In this document: in pieces, positions 1 to 9,493 of the stretch
Layout of the letters: every line of letters begins with the position of its first letter
Position numbering within the stretch: the first letter of the stretch is position 1
The notes under the pieces: generated by a model
Told to the model about the DNA's origin: nothing
Database searches by the model: none
Seen by the model: the letters and a program-made list of their open reading frames with translations, nothing else
Program-made: the position numbers and the translations under genes
Assembly (NCBI GenBank): GCA_963848295.1
Contig: CAWKDB010000010.1
Span: forward strand, 1,376,001-1,440,000
DNA from: an uncultured delta proteobacterium
GTDB lineage: Bacteria > Myxococcota_A > Polyangia > Haliangiales > Haliangiaceae
Length of the DNA stretch: 64,000 nt
Reading direction: 5' to 3'

Positions 1-490
1 GCGCGAGCTCCCACGCGCCGTCGTGATACGCCGCGACGCTGTCGTAACGCAGCGTGACCTCCACCGTGCTATGCGCGGGGATCGCCGACACCGCCTGGGT
101 GAACACGTCGGGCCGATCTTGATCGAGCAGGCCCGCACCGAGCCCCGCGGCGACGGCTTGTTCGTAGCGCTTGACCGCGGCGTCGCGCGTGACGACCTCG
201 GCGTGAACCGTGCGCGTGCCGTAATGGATCGCCATCGCGGAGACCGCGGCATCCGCGGGCAGCGGAAAGATGTACGTCGCCTCGACCACGCGATCGGCGT
301 CGTTGCGATAGCGCTGGGTCACGACGGTCTCCACGATCGGCCCGCGGACCACGACCTCGAGCTTGCTATCGAGCATCGCGAGCGCCTGCGCGCTCGTCGT
401 GTACATGCCCATGTGATGCGGCAGCGTCACGGCATCGGCGCGCGTCGCGACCGACGCCAACGCGATCGCGAACGCAAGCTGCCGCCGCAC
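1..490 (-). CDS. VIT (vault/inter-alpha-trypsin) domain protein, 5' part only; runs off the window edge
   Basis: Not in the ORF track. Manual translation from GTG at 490 gives a signal peptide, then V..RGPIVETVVTQRYRN...VEATYIFPLPADAAVSAM...YEQA...AGLLDQDRPDVFT, the VIT pattern. TAAGGT lies 6 nt upstream. Confidence 0.85.
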   Translation of the reverse strand, partial: MRRQLAFAIALASVATRADAVTLPHHMGMYTTSAQALAMLDSKLEVVVRGPIVETVVTQRYRNDADRVVEATYIFPLPADAAVSAMAIHYGTRTVHAEVVTRDAAVKRYEQAVAAGLGAGLLDQDRPDVFTQAVSAIPAHSTVEVTLRYDSVAAYHDGAWELA

Positions 491-648
491 GGTGACACCT
501 TACACGCTCGACGACGCGGCTCGATCTAACACTCGAACCGTCTTGGGTATTTCCGTGTCTCGAGCCGTGTCGGCCGGCCCACACCGTCGGCCAAGTGGCC
601 GTTCTCGCTCGGGCCGGGTTCGGCATTACCGCTGCACTTGCCTCGGCA

Positions 649-3600
649 ATGCGGCTGCGCCCTTTCTCGATCGCGTTCTCGCTTGCGCTCGTCTCCGGCT
701 GCGGCTCCAAACCGCCGCAAGACCTGCGCGTGATGTCTTACGCGCCGACCGGGCCGACCGAGCGCGACGAGCCGGTCGAGCTCCACTTCGACAAGCCCGC
801 GGTGAGCGAGGCGATGGTCGGCAAACCCGCGCTGCCGGGCTCGGTCCGGATCGTCCCGCAGCTCGAGTGGAAGGGGTTCTGGCAAGACCGGCAGACGCTC
901 GTGCTCGAACCGACCCAGCCGCTCGCGCCGTCGACGCGCTACAGCGTCTCGCTCGCCGGCGAGCTCGCGACTCGGACCGCAGACTTCGGGTTCTCGTTCG
1001 TCAATCGCCCGCTCGCGGTCGAGGGTGTGTGGGGCGTCGATCCCGATGCGATCGCGCCCGACGGCGAGGTGCCGGTGTCGTTCAATCAACCGGTGCAACC
1101 CGCGGATGCCGCGGCGCACTGCAAGCTGACCGGCGCGCACGGCGAGGTCGCGCTCGCGGCGGCACCCAACGATCGCGACGCGGCAACGAACGTCACGTTG
1201 CACCCGGTTGCGAAGCTCGCACCCGGCACCGGGTACACGCTCGCGTGCGCGGGCCTCACCGGTGCCGGCGGTAACACGCCGCTCGCGCAACCGTACGCGC
1301 TCGCGATCCGCGCGCGACCGCTGCTCGCCGTGACCTCGATCTCTCCGCAGGGCACCGACGTCTCCGCCGATGACGTCACGCTCACGTTCGCGTTCACGAC
1401 TCCGGTCGCGCTCGATGCCGCCCGTAAAGCGGTGTCCGCGAAGCCGGCGATCGCGGGGCTCGATCGCGGCTCGTTATCGAGCGATGGCACGGAGTACAGC
1501 GTCACCGCGGATCTCGAGACCGAGACCGACTACAGCCTGAAGCTCGCCGGGCTCGTCGATCGCTTCGGTCAGAAGCTCGACAAGCCCGTGGTCGCGACGT
1601 TTCACACCGGCAACGCGCAACCGCGGCTGTCGATGGAGCGCGGCATCTTCACGCTCGAGGCGAGCGCGAAGGGCTATCCGGTGTGGTCGCGCAACGTCCA
1701 CAAGATGGAGATCGAATGCGCGGCGATCCCGAAGGATCGGATCGCGCGGCTGCTGACGACCGACATGAACTACGACCCGTGGGGCGGCAACGACGACGAC
1801 AAGCCGCTCGATTGGCGCGCGATCAAGGCGAAGCCGAAGACCAAGCAGATCTTGCAGCCCGCGAAGGACAAGTGGGTGCTGTCCGAGGTCGACCTCGGCG
1901 CGACGTGTGGCGCCACGGCGGGCAAGCGCGGCGTCTATCTCGCCGAGGTCCACTCCGACGAGGTCCACGAGGACGATTCGCGGCCGTGGCTGTCGGCGCG
2001 GCGCAATCGCGTGCTCGCGAACGTCACCGATCTCGGCGTGCTGATCAAGGTCGGCCCGGCGTCCGGCATCGTGTGGGTCACGTCGTTGTCGACGGGCCTG
2101 CCGGTCGAAGGCGCGACGGTCGCGGTCCAGACGCCGCAAGGTAAGCGCGTGTTCACCGGCACGACCGACCGCGATGGCCTCGTCAAGGTGCCGGGCAGCG
2201 CGCTGTTGAAGCAGCAACCTGCGACCGGCGCCGCGCCCGACCCCGAAGCCGACGAGGATTGGGACAGCTACCGCTCGCAGCGGCTGATCGCGACGGTCGA
2301 GAAGGGCGATGACCTCGCGATCGTCGACGGCAACTGGGCGAACGGCATCCAGACCTGGAACTTCGGGTTGCCCGAGGATCGCGGCGGCGGCGTGACCCGC
2401 GTGCGCGGCTTCATCGAGAGCGACCGCGGCCTCTATCGTGCGGGCGAGCAGGTCCACTTCAAGGGCATCGTGCGCGAGATCGCCGGCGGCGCACCGCCTC
2501 GCATCCCCGGCAAGCCGGGCGTCGCGATCGAAGTCCAGGACAGCCGCGGCCAGGTCGTGTTGACGACGAAGACGAAGCTGTCGAGCTTCGGCGGGTTCGC
2601 GTTCGACATGCAGCTCGCCGACGATGCGTCGCTCGGCGATTACTACGTCGCGGCGACCGTCGCCGGCCAGGTGTTCCGCGAGCGGTTCGAGGTCCAGGAG
2701 TTTCGGCCCGCGGCGTTCGAGGTCGGGCTCGCGCGAGCGGGCAAGCAACCGAAACCGATCCGGCCGGGCGAGCGGATGGCGTTCGATCTCGACGCCACCT
2801 ATCTGTTCGGCGCGCCGGTCGCGTCTGCGAAGGTCGAGTGGAGCGTGCGCAAGCGCAAGCACGTCGTGACGTTCCCGGGGTTCGAGGACTACGCGTTCTC
2901 GGCCGATCCGCGCGACGGATGGTGGTGGTCGCGCCGTGACGATTACGGCGAGCTCGTGTCCGACGAATCGGGCGCGACCGACGACCGCGGCCACCTCGAG
3001 CTCGCGGCGCGCGACGCGAACCCGTCGAAGACCGACCCGACCGACTACATCGTTTCGGCGACCGTGACCGATGCGACCGATCAGTCGTCGAGCAAGTCCG
3101 TGATCGTGACCGCGCACCCGACGTCGCTCTACATCGGCATGCACGCGAACGAGATGGTCCAGGCGGTCGGCATGCCGTTCGGCGTCAACCTCGCCGCGTT
3201 CCAACCGGACGGCACTCGGACCGCGACGAAGCTGCACTTGTCGTTCATCCGCACCGCGAACACGTGCGGCTGGGATTCGGTCGGCATCCGCAGCTACGAG
3301 AGCTGCACGGCTACGGACACGACGATGATCGAGCGCGATGTCGAGGTCGCGGCCGGCGGCTCGCACACCGAGCGGATCTATCCGACCGAGCCGGGCGATT
3401 ACGTCGTCAAGGCCGAGGCGAAGGATGACGCGGGTCGACCGGTCATCACCGAGAGCGAGATCTGGGTGATCGGCAAAGGCGAGGCCTTCTGGAGCGGCGA
3501 CGAAGGCGACCGGATGACGTTGATCGCGAGCAAGCCGACGTATCAGATCGGCGAGACCGCGAAGCTCGTCGCGCAGGCGAACCTGCCGCACCCGACCGCG

Positions 3601-6183
3601 CTCGTCACGATCGAGCGCGACGGCGTGCTCGATGCGCGCGTCATCAAGATGGCGTCGGCCGGCGAAGGCGTCGAGGTGCCGATCGTCGACGGCTTCGCGC
3701 CGAACGTGTTCGCGAGCGTCGTGCTCGTCAGCGGCCGCGATGGCGAAGGCGATGCGCATCGCCCGAAGTTCAAGATGGGCGTCGTCGAGCTCGCGGTGTC
3801 GAGCGCGAAGCAAGAGCTCGCCGTCGACGTCACGATCGCGAACGACCACGTCGAGCCCGGGCAAAAAGTCATCGGCAAGATCCACGTCAGCCGCGACGGC
3901 AAGCCGGTCAAGGCCGAGGTCGCGGTGTCCGCCGCCGATGAAGGTGTGCTCCAGCTGATCGCGTATGCGACGCCGAATCCGATGAAGACGTTTTATGCGG
4001 CGTACGGCCTCGGCGTCGATTCGGCGACGAGCTGGAACCGGCTCGCGCGCCTCGCCGATCCGCAAGCCGGCGACCCGGATCAAGGCGGCGACATGCGCGC
4101 GCGGGGTGGCCAGAAGGTGCGCTCGAAGTTCGTCGCATCCGCGTTCTGGGCGCCGATGCTCGTCACCGACGACCACGGCGACGCGCCGTTCGAGTTCGCC
4201 GCGCCCGACAACTTGACCGCGTATCGCGTGATGGCGGTCGCCGCGGATGCGGGCGCGCAGTTCGGCGCCGGCGAGCATCGCGTCACGATCGACAAGCCGG
4301 TGATGGCGCAACCGATCCTGCCGCGATTCTTGCGCGCCGACGATTCGGCGACGATCGGCGTCGAGGTCTTCAATCACACCGGCAAGGCCGGCGTCGCGAT
4401 CGTGACCGCGAGCGGCAATGGCGCGGCGCTCGACCATGGGCGCGAGCGAGTCGATGTCCCGGCGAACGGCAGTGCGCGCGTTCGGTTCGTCGCCCGGGCG
4501 TCACAGAACGCCGCCGCGAGCTTCGACTTCGTCGCCACGATCGACGGCGCGAAAGACGCGGTCCGCGTCACGCTGCCGATCGAGAAGCCGCGCGTGATCG
4601 ACACCCACACGCTCGCCGATCAGACCCTCGCCGACGGTGGCAGCTGGACCGGTACGCTCGGGTTGACGCCCGATGTCATACGCGAGGACAGCACGTTGAC
4701 CGTCACCGTCGATCGGACCGGGGTCGGCGCGCTCGCTCCCGCGTTGCGCGCGCTCGTCGCATATCCGTACGGCTGTCTCGAGCAGACGCTGTCGCGATTT
4801 CTGCCGCTCGTCGCGGCGAAGGACCTCGCGACCGCGCTCGACGACCCGGCGCTGCAGGGCACGAAGCTCGAGCAGTTCATCACCGCCGGCGTCGCGAAGG
4901 TGATCCGCCATCAACAAGGCGATGGTCTGTTCTCGCTGTGGCCGCAATCGCAGACGTATCCCGAGCTGTCCGCGTACGCGCTGTACGGCCTGACCGTCGC
5001 GCAGCAAGCCGGCGTCAGCGTACCGGCCGACGTGTTCACCCGCGGGATCAAGGCGATCGACACGTGGGCGACCGCGAAGGCACTCGCGCCGGACGGTGAT
5101 GCCGCGGCGCTCGCGATGGCGGCGTACGTCATGGCGTTGCGCGGCAAGCCCGACGCGCCGCTCGTCGCGCGGCTGTACGCGATCCGCGCCGGCATGCCGA
5201 CATGGGGCCAGGCGTTCTTGCTGCGCGCGCTCGCGGTCGGCAAGGGTGACGCGAAGCAGATCGCGGAGCTCGAGCAGCAGATCGTCGGCGCCGCGGTCGT
5301 CAAGGACGGTCGCGCGATGATCCACGAGAGCTCGGGCCCCGACGTGCGCGAGCACTACATGGACTCCGACGTGCGCGCGACCGCGATGACGCTCGCCGCG
5401 CTGCTCGATGCCGACCCGGCTTCGCCGCTCGTCGACCCGCTCGCCGCTGGCTTACTCTCGGCGCGCAGCGACGCTGGCAGTTGGCAGACGACCCAGGACG
5501 ACGTCTGGTCGCTCGTCGCGCTCGCCCGCTACGCGAAGCGCGTTCCGGCGGGCGATTCGACCGCGACGATCATGGTCGACGACAAGCAGGTGTCGAGGAA
5601 GAGGCTCGTCGGGCGCTCGCCGAGCGTCACGACGCTACGGCTCGATCGCGTCGCCGGCGACCGGATCAGCGTCGCGGTCGACCACGGCGCGAAGGTGTCG
5701 GTCCGAGTCGCGGCGGCGCGGCGTGACACCGGCGCGGCTGCGTCCGCCGGTTACGCGATCGCACGCGACTACGTCGACCCGCACGGCAAACAGGCGACGA
5801 CGTTCAAGGCCGGCGACTTGCTCACGGTCGAGGTCGAGATCGATGCGAGCGCGAAGCACAGCTGGGTCGCGGTCGTCGATCCGCTGCCGGCGGGCTTCGA
5901 GATCGTGAACGACAAGCTCGCGACGAGCGGCGCGGGCGACGACGCTCCCTCCGACCCCTGGGACGCGCGGTGGAACGCGCCGACCTGGTCGTACCAGGAG
6001 CTGCGCGATGACAGCGCGCGGTGGTTCGCCGACGAGCTCCCCGCCGGCCACTATCACCTCACGTACCAGGTGCGCGCGACGATCGCCGGCAGCTTCACCG
6101 CGCCGCCGGCTTCGGTCGAAGCGATGTACGAGCCCGACGTCCACGGCCGCAGCGCGGCCACCGCGATCTCGATCTCCCGATGA
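649..6183 (+). CDS. Bacterial alpha-2-macroglobulin family lipoprotein with N-terminal Ig-like repeats
   Basis: Lipobox LVSGC, MG2 motif SDRGLYRAGEQVHFKG, thioester YPYGCLEQ (CLEQ at 4774-4785), FAAPDNLTAYRVMAVA, C-terminal VEAMYEP. ATGA-coupled to pbpC. Confidence 0.95.
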   Translation: MRLRPFSIAFSLALVSGCGSKPPQDLRVMSYAPTGPTERDEPVELHFDKPAVSEAMVGKPALPGSVRIVPQLEWKGFWQDRQTLVLEPTQPLAPSTRYSVSLAGELATRTADFGFSFVNRPLAVEGVWGVDPDAIAPDGEVPVSFNQPVQPADAAAHCKLTGAHGEVALAAAPNDRDAATNVTLHPVAKLAPGTGYTLACAGLTGAGGNTPLAQPYALAIRARPLLAVTSISPQGTDVSADDVTLTFAFTTPVALDAARKAVSAKPAIAGLDRGSLSSDGTEYSVTADLETETDYSLKLAGLVDRFGQKLDKPVVATFHTGNAQPRLSMERGIFTLEASAKGYPVWSRNVHKMEIECAAIPKDRIARLLTTDMNYDPWGGNDDDKPLDWRAIKAKPKTKQILQPAKDKWVLSEVDLGATCGATAGKRGVYLAEVHSDEVHEDDSRPWLSARRNRVLANVTDLGVLIKVGPASGIVWVTSLSTGLPVEGATVAVQTPQGKRVFTGTTDRDGLVKVPGSALLKQQPATGAAPDPEADEDWDSYRSQRLIATVEKGDDLAIVDGNWANGIQTWNFGLPEDRGGGVTRVRGFIESDRGLYRAGEQVHFKGIVREIAGGAPPRIPGKPGVAIEVQDSRGQVVLTTKTKLSSFGGFAFDMQLADDASLGDYYVAATVAGQVFRERFEVQEFRPAAFEVGLARAGKQPKPIRPGERMAFDLDATYLFGAPVASAKVEWSVRKRKHVVTFPGFEDYAFSADPRDGWWWSRRDDYGELVSDESGATDDRGHLELAARDANPSKTDPTDYIVSATVTDATDQSSSKSVIVTAHPTSLYIGMHANEMVQAVGMPFGVNLAAFQPDGTRTATKLHLSFIRTANTCGWDSVGIRSYESCTATDTTMIERDVEVAAGGSHTERIYPTEPGDYVVKAEAKDDAGRPVITESEIWVIGKGEAFWSGDEGDRMTLIASKPTYQIGETAKLVAQANLPHPTALVTIERDGVLDARVIKMASAGEGVEVPIVDGFAPNVFASVVLVSGRDGEGDAHRPKFKMGVVELAVSSAKQELAVDVTIANDHVEPGQKVIGKIHVSRDGKPVKAEVAVSAADEGVLQLIAYATPNPMKTFYAAYGLGVDSATSWNRLARLADPQAGDPDQGGDMRARGGQKVRSKFVASAFWAPMLVTDDHGDAPFEFAAPDNLTAYRVMAVAADAGAQFGAGEHRVTIDKPVMAQPILPRFLRADDSATIGVEVFNHTGKAGVAIVTASGNGAALDHGRERVDVPANGSARVRFVARASQNAAASFDFVATIDGAKDAVRVTLPIEKPRVIDTHTLADQTLADGGSWTGTLGLTPDVIREDSTLTVTVDRTGVGALAPALRALVAYPYGCLEQTLSRFLPLVAAKDLATALDDPALQGTKLEQFITAGVAKVIRHQQGDGLFSLWPQSQTYPELSAYALYGLTVAQQAGVSVPADVFTRGIKAIDTWATAKALAPDGDAAALAMAAYVMALRGKPDAPLVARLYAIRAGMPTWGQAFLLRALAVGKGDAKQIAELEQQIVGAAVVKDGRAMIHESSGPDVREHYMDSDVRATAMTLAALLDADPASPLVDPLAAGLLSARSDAGSWQTTQDDVWSLVALARYAKRVPAGDSTATIMVDDKQVSRKRLVGRSPSVTTLRLDRVAGDRISVAVDHGAKVSVRVAAARRDTGAAASAGYAIARDYVDPHGKQATTFKAGDLLTVEVEIDASAKHSWVAVVDPLPAGFEIVNDKLATSGAGDDAPSDPWDARWNAPTWSYQELRDDSARWFADELPAGHYHLTYQVRATIAGSFTAPPASVEAMYEPDVHGRSAATAISISR

Positions 6184-8144
6184 AGCGAGTCGCGCGTTGG
6201 CTGCTCGTCGCGGCGCTGCTGCCGCTGACGATCGTGACGCAGGTCGCGATCGTGCTCGTCGTGATGTTTCCGTTCGATCCGGCCGAGCTGTCGGTGTCCG
6301 GCGCCCCACTCGTGATCGTCGATGTGCGCGGCGAGGTGATCGCGACGCTTCCCGCCGACGGTGTTGATGCGACCCGGTGGGCGAAGCTCGCCGATGTCCC
6401 GGCGATCGCGGTGTCCGCGGTCATCGAGTCCGAGGACGAGAACTTTTGGAGCCATCACGGGGTCGACGCCGGCGGGATCGCGCGCGCGGCATGGCTCGAC
6501 CTCCGAGGCGGCCGCTTCGGTGGCTCGACGTTGACGATGCAGCTCGCACGCATGCTGCGCAACGACGAAGCGCGCACCGTGACGAACAAGCTCGCCGAGA
6601 CCGTGCTCGCGCTCCGCATCGATCGCGCGGTCGACAAGCGCGACATCCTCGAGCAGTGGCTGAACCGCGCGTACTACGGCAACGGCGCGGTCGGGTTCGC
6701 CGCGGCCGCACAACTCTACTTCGGCAAGCCGCCTGCCGCGCTGTCCGCGGGTGAAGCGACGCTGCTCGCGGTCTTGCCGCGCGCACCGACCGCGTACGAT
6801 CCGCTGCGCAACCTGTCGGCCGCGTTGCGCCGCCGCGATCACGTGCTCGATCTGCTCGTCGCGCGAGGCGTCATCGCACCGGAGATCGCGGACGAGGTTC
6901 GCGCCGAGCGCGTCGTCGCCGCGCGCTTCGAGCCGGTGAACGCGGCGCCCCAGTTCGTGCGCTGGGTACTCGAGCAGGTGCCGCCCGAGGTTCGCCGCGC
7001 CGGCGGCACGGTTCACACGACGCTCGATCTCCGGCTGCAGCGACTCGTCGAGCGCCGCGTCGCCGACCAGGTCTCCGCGCTCGCCGAGCGCCACCTCGCG
7101 CAAGCCGGGCTCGTCGTGCTCGACGCGCAGACCACCGAGGTGCGCGCGTTCGTCGGCTCGACCGGCTCGAGCCAGCTCGACATCGCGACCCGCCGCCGTC
7201 ATCCCGGGTCCGCGCTCAAGCCATTCGTGTACGCGACCGCGATCGAGCACGGCGCCTCGCCGGCGAGCATCGCATGGGACGTCCGCGACACGCGGCCCGA
7301 CTACTTCTTGCCGTCCGGCGGCGTCGAGCACGGCCCGGTCCGCTACCGCGTCGCGCTCGCGAGCTCGTACAACTTCGCGGCGGTCGACGTGATCGAGCGC
7401 GCCGGGCTCGAGCGCGTGATGAGCGTGTTGCGCGCGGCAGGCGTCGCCGAGCTCACCGGCGCACCCGACGACTACGGACCGCGGCTCGCGCTCGGATCCG
7501 CGAAGGTGCGGCTCGTCGATCTCGCGGCGGGTTATGGCTTCCTCGTCAAGGGCGGCAAGGTCGGCACGCCGCGCGCGATCGCCGACGTGATCGCGCCGGA
7601 CGGCAGCCGGTGGGCACCCGCGATCCCGGCCGAGCGTCAGATCTTTTCGCCGCAGGCCGCGTGGCTCGTGATGGACATGCTCTCGGATCCGGAAGCGCGG
7701 CGCGCCGGGTTCGGCACCGAGCTGCCGTTCGACCTGCCGTTCCGGATCGTCGCGAAGACCGGCACCGCGCGCGGCTTCGCCGATACCTGGGCGATCGGCG
7801 CGACCCGCGAGGTCATCGTCGGCGCGTGGGCCGGCACGTTCGATGGCACGCCGACCCAGGGCCTCGTCGGGATGGACGCGGCCGCGCCGCTCGTGCGCGC
7901 CACGATGCTCGCGGTGGCCGAATCGCATCCGCTGACGCTGCCGCCCCGCCCCGCCGGCATCGACGACATCGTCGTGTGCGCGGACACCGGCGCGCCCGGC
8001 ACCGCGTGCCCGACCGTCCACGACTACGCGATCCACGGGCGGCCGCTCGACGACTCGGGGATTCGCCGCGCCGCCGACGGCACGCTGAGCTATCCGAAGC
8101 GCGCGGACGGTTGGCTCGCGCGTCGCGACCAGCGCAAGCCCTAG
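6180..8144 (+). CDS. pbpC: Penicillin-binding protein 1C
   Basis: Transglycosylase motifs EDENFWSHHGVD and GGSTLTMQLAR; transpeptidase SALK, SYN, KTGT; canonical position after alpha-2-macroglobulin. Confidence 0.92.
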   Translation: MKRVARWLLVAALLPLTIVTQVAIVLVVMFPFDPAELSVSGAPLVIVDVRGEVIATLPADGVDATRWAKLADVPAIAVSAVIESEDENFWSHHGVDAGGIARAAWLDLRGGRFGGSTLTMQLARMLRNDEARTVTNKLAETVLALRIDRAVDKRDILEQWLNRAYYGNGAVGFAAAAQLYFGKPPAALSAGEATLLAVLPRAPTAYDPLRNLSAALRRRDHVLDLLVARGVIAPEIADEVRAERVVAARFEPVNAAPQFVRWVLEQVPPEVRRAGGTVHTTLDLRLQRLVERRVADQVSALAERHLAQAGLVVLDAQTTEVRAFVGSTGSSQLDIATRRRHPGSALKPFVYATAIEHGASPASIAWDVRDTRPDYFLPSGGVEHGPVRYRVALASSYNFAAVDVIERAGLERVMSVLRAAGVAELTGAPDDYGPRLALGSAKVRLVDLAAGYGFLVKGGKVGTPRAIADVIAPDGSRWAPAIPAERQIFSPQAAWLVMDMLSDPEARRAGFGTELPFDLPFRIVAKTGTARGFADTWAIGATREVIVGAWAGTFDGTPTQGLVGMDAAAPLVRATMLAVAESHPLTLPPRPAGIDDIVVCADTGAPGTACPTVHDYAIHGRPLDDSGIRRAADGTLSYPKRADGWLARRDQRKP

Positions 8145-8938
8145 CTCGGCTCGACGCCGCGCGGCGACGTCGGCGGCAATGCCGCGAGCACGCCATCGAC
8201 GATGATCAGCGCGGTCGCGGTCAGGTCCGCGAGCGCATCGGCGCCGGCAACTTCGCGTGCGGCGGGATAGACGACGACGAGGTTCGCGAGCAGCTCGACG
8301 ACGAGGTCGCGCCGGCTCGCGCGATCGAGCACGTCGGCGAAGCCGTGCGCGAGCAACGACGCGAGCAACGCCGATGACCCGTAGGCGCGCCAGCCGTCGG
8401 GCAGCGCCGCGTCGAGCGCGTCGGCGGTCAGCGTCTTCGGCAGCTCGGATTCGTGATGAGTGCCGAGCCGCAGCGCGAGCCGCACGCGCTTCGGCATGCT
8501 CGACAGGCGATCGATCTCGGTGTCTTCTCGGAGCTCGTCACCCCGGCCCGCGCGCTTCAGCAACAGGTGCGGCAGGTCGGTTCGATCGATCTCGCACACG
8601 ACCGTGCTCACGAGCCCCGCGATACGAAACGGCGGGACGACCGGCAGCTGCGCCCACTCGCCGCGCCGCTCGCGGTGAGTCTCCAGATCGAACGCGGTGA
8701 CCGTGACGTCGCCGTGATCGCGAGCAAACGACCCGCGCACGACGCGACGTTCGAACCCGCCCTCGGACAGCAACCACAGCGCGGTCTGCTGCAACGCGGG
8801 CGAGACGTGCATGAGGTCCTCGCACGGTTCGAGCCCCGCTGCGTCGGCGGCGGATCGCTGCTCGCGCCGGCGATACACGTGGCGCGCGGCCAGTGCAGCA
8901 AACCCGGTCGCGATCCCGCCGATGAACATCCAATCCAC
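8141..8938 (-). CDS. Hypothetical protein with N-terminal membrane anchor
   Basis: Fills the gap between pbpC and ogt; hydrophobic N-terminus; no family recognised. Confidence 0.65.
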   Translation of the reverse strand: MDWMFIGGIATGFAALAARHVYRRREQRSAADAAGLEPCEDLMHVSPALQQTALWLLSEGGFERRVVRGSFARDHGDVTVTAFDLETHRERRGEWAQLPVVPPFRIAGLVSTVVCEIDRTDLPHLLLKRAGRGDELREDTEIDRLSSMPKRVRLALRLGTHHESELPKTLTADALDAALPDGWRAYGSSALLASLLAHGFADVLDRASRRDLVVELLANLVVVYPAAREVAGADALADLTATALIIVDGVLAALPPTSPRGVEPS

Positions 8939-8979
8939 GCGCTATGGCTCCTGCATCTCGCGCCGACGCTAGCACGCGG

Positions 8980-9492
8980 TCAGCTCGACAGCTCGAGCTG
9001 CGCTCGGCCGCGCGGAGATCGCGGCGCGCCGTGTTGTTCGTGCGCGAGCAACCACTGCTTCGTCGGCAGCCCGCCGCCGTAGCCAGTCAGCGTACCGTTC
9101 GCGCCGATCACGCGATGACACGGCACGATGATCGCGATCGGATTGCGACCGTTCGCGAGCCCGACCGCACGACTCGCCGCGGGCCGCCGGATCGCGCGGG
9201 CGATCTCGCCGTAGCTGCGGGTCTCGCCAAACGGGATCGCGAGCAGCGCGCGCCACACGATCTGCTGGAACGGCGTGCCGTCCGGCGCGAGCGGCACTTC
9301 GAACTCGCGGCGCTTGCCCGCGAAGTACTCCGCGAGCTGCTTCGCAGCGCGTGCGAGCACACTCGCGCGCTTCATCGGCGCATCGATCCGCGGACCGTTC
9401 GGCAGGTTCAACATCGCGAGCTCGTCGCCGCGCGCGACGAGTTGGAGCTCGCCGATCGGCGAATCGAGCAGGATCATCGTGAGCGTCGACAT
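8980..9492 (-). CDS. ogt: Methylated-DNA--protein-cysteine methyltransferase
   Basis: GTPFQQIVW...IPFGETRSYG...RAVG.ANGRNP...PCHRV active site. Confidence 0.96.
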   Translation of the reverse strand: MSTLTMILLDSPIGELQLVARGDELAMLNLPNGPRIDAPMKRASVLARAAKQLAEYFAGKRREFEVPLAPDGTPFQQIVWRALLAIPFGETRSYGEIARAIRRPAASRAVGLANGRNPIAIIVPCHRVIGANGTLTGYGGGLPTKQWLLAHEQHGAPRSPRGRAQLELSS

Positions 9493-9493
9493 G

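Noticed and set aside
1474..4437. Long antisense or alternate-frame ORFs (987 aa here; also 6054-8036, 21137-22777, 38543-39934 and others)
   Set aside because: Arg/Ala-rich shadows of real high-GC genes with no recognisable motifs.
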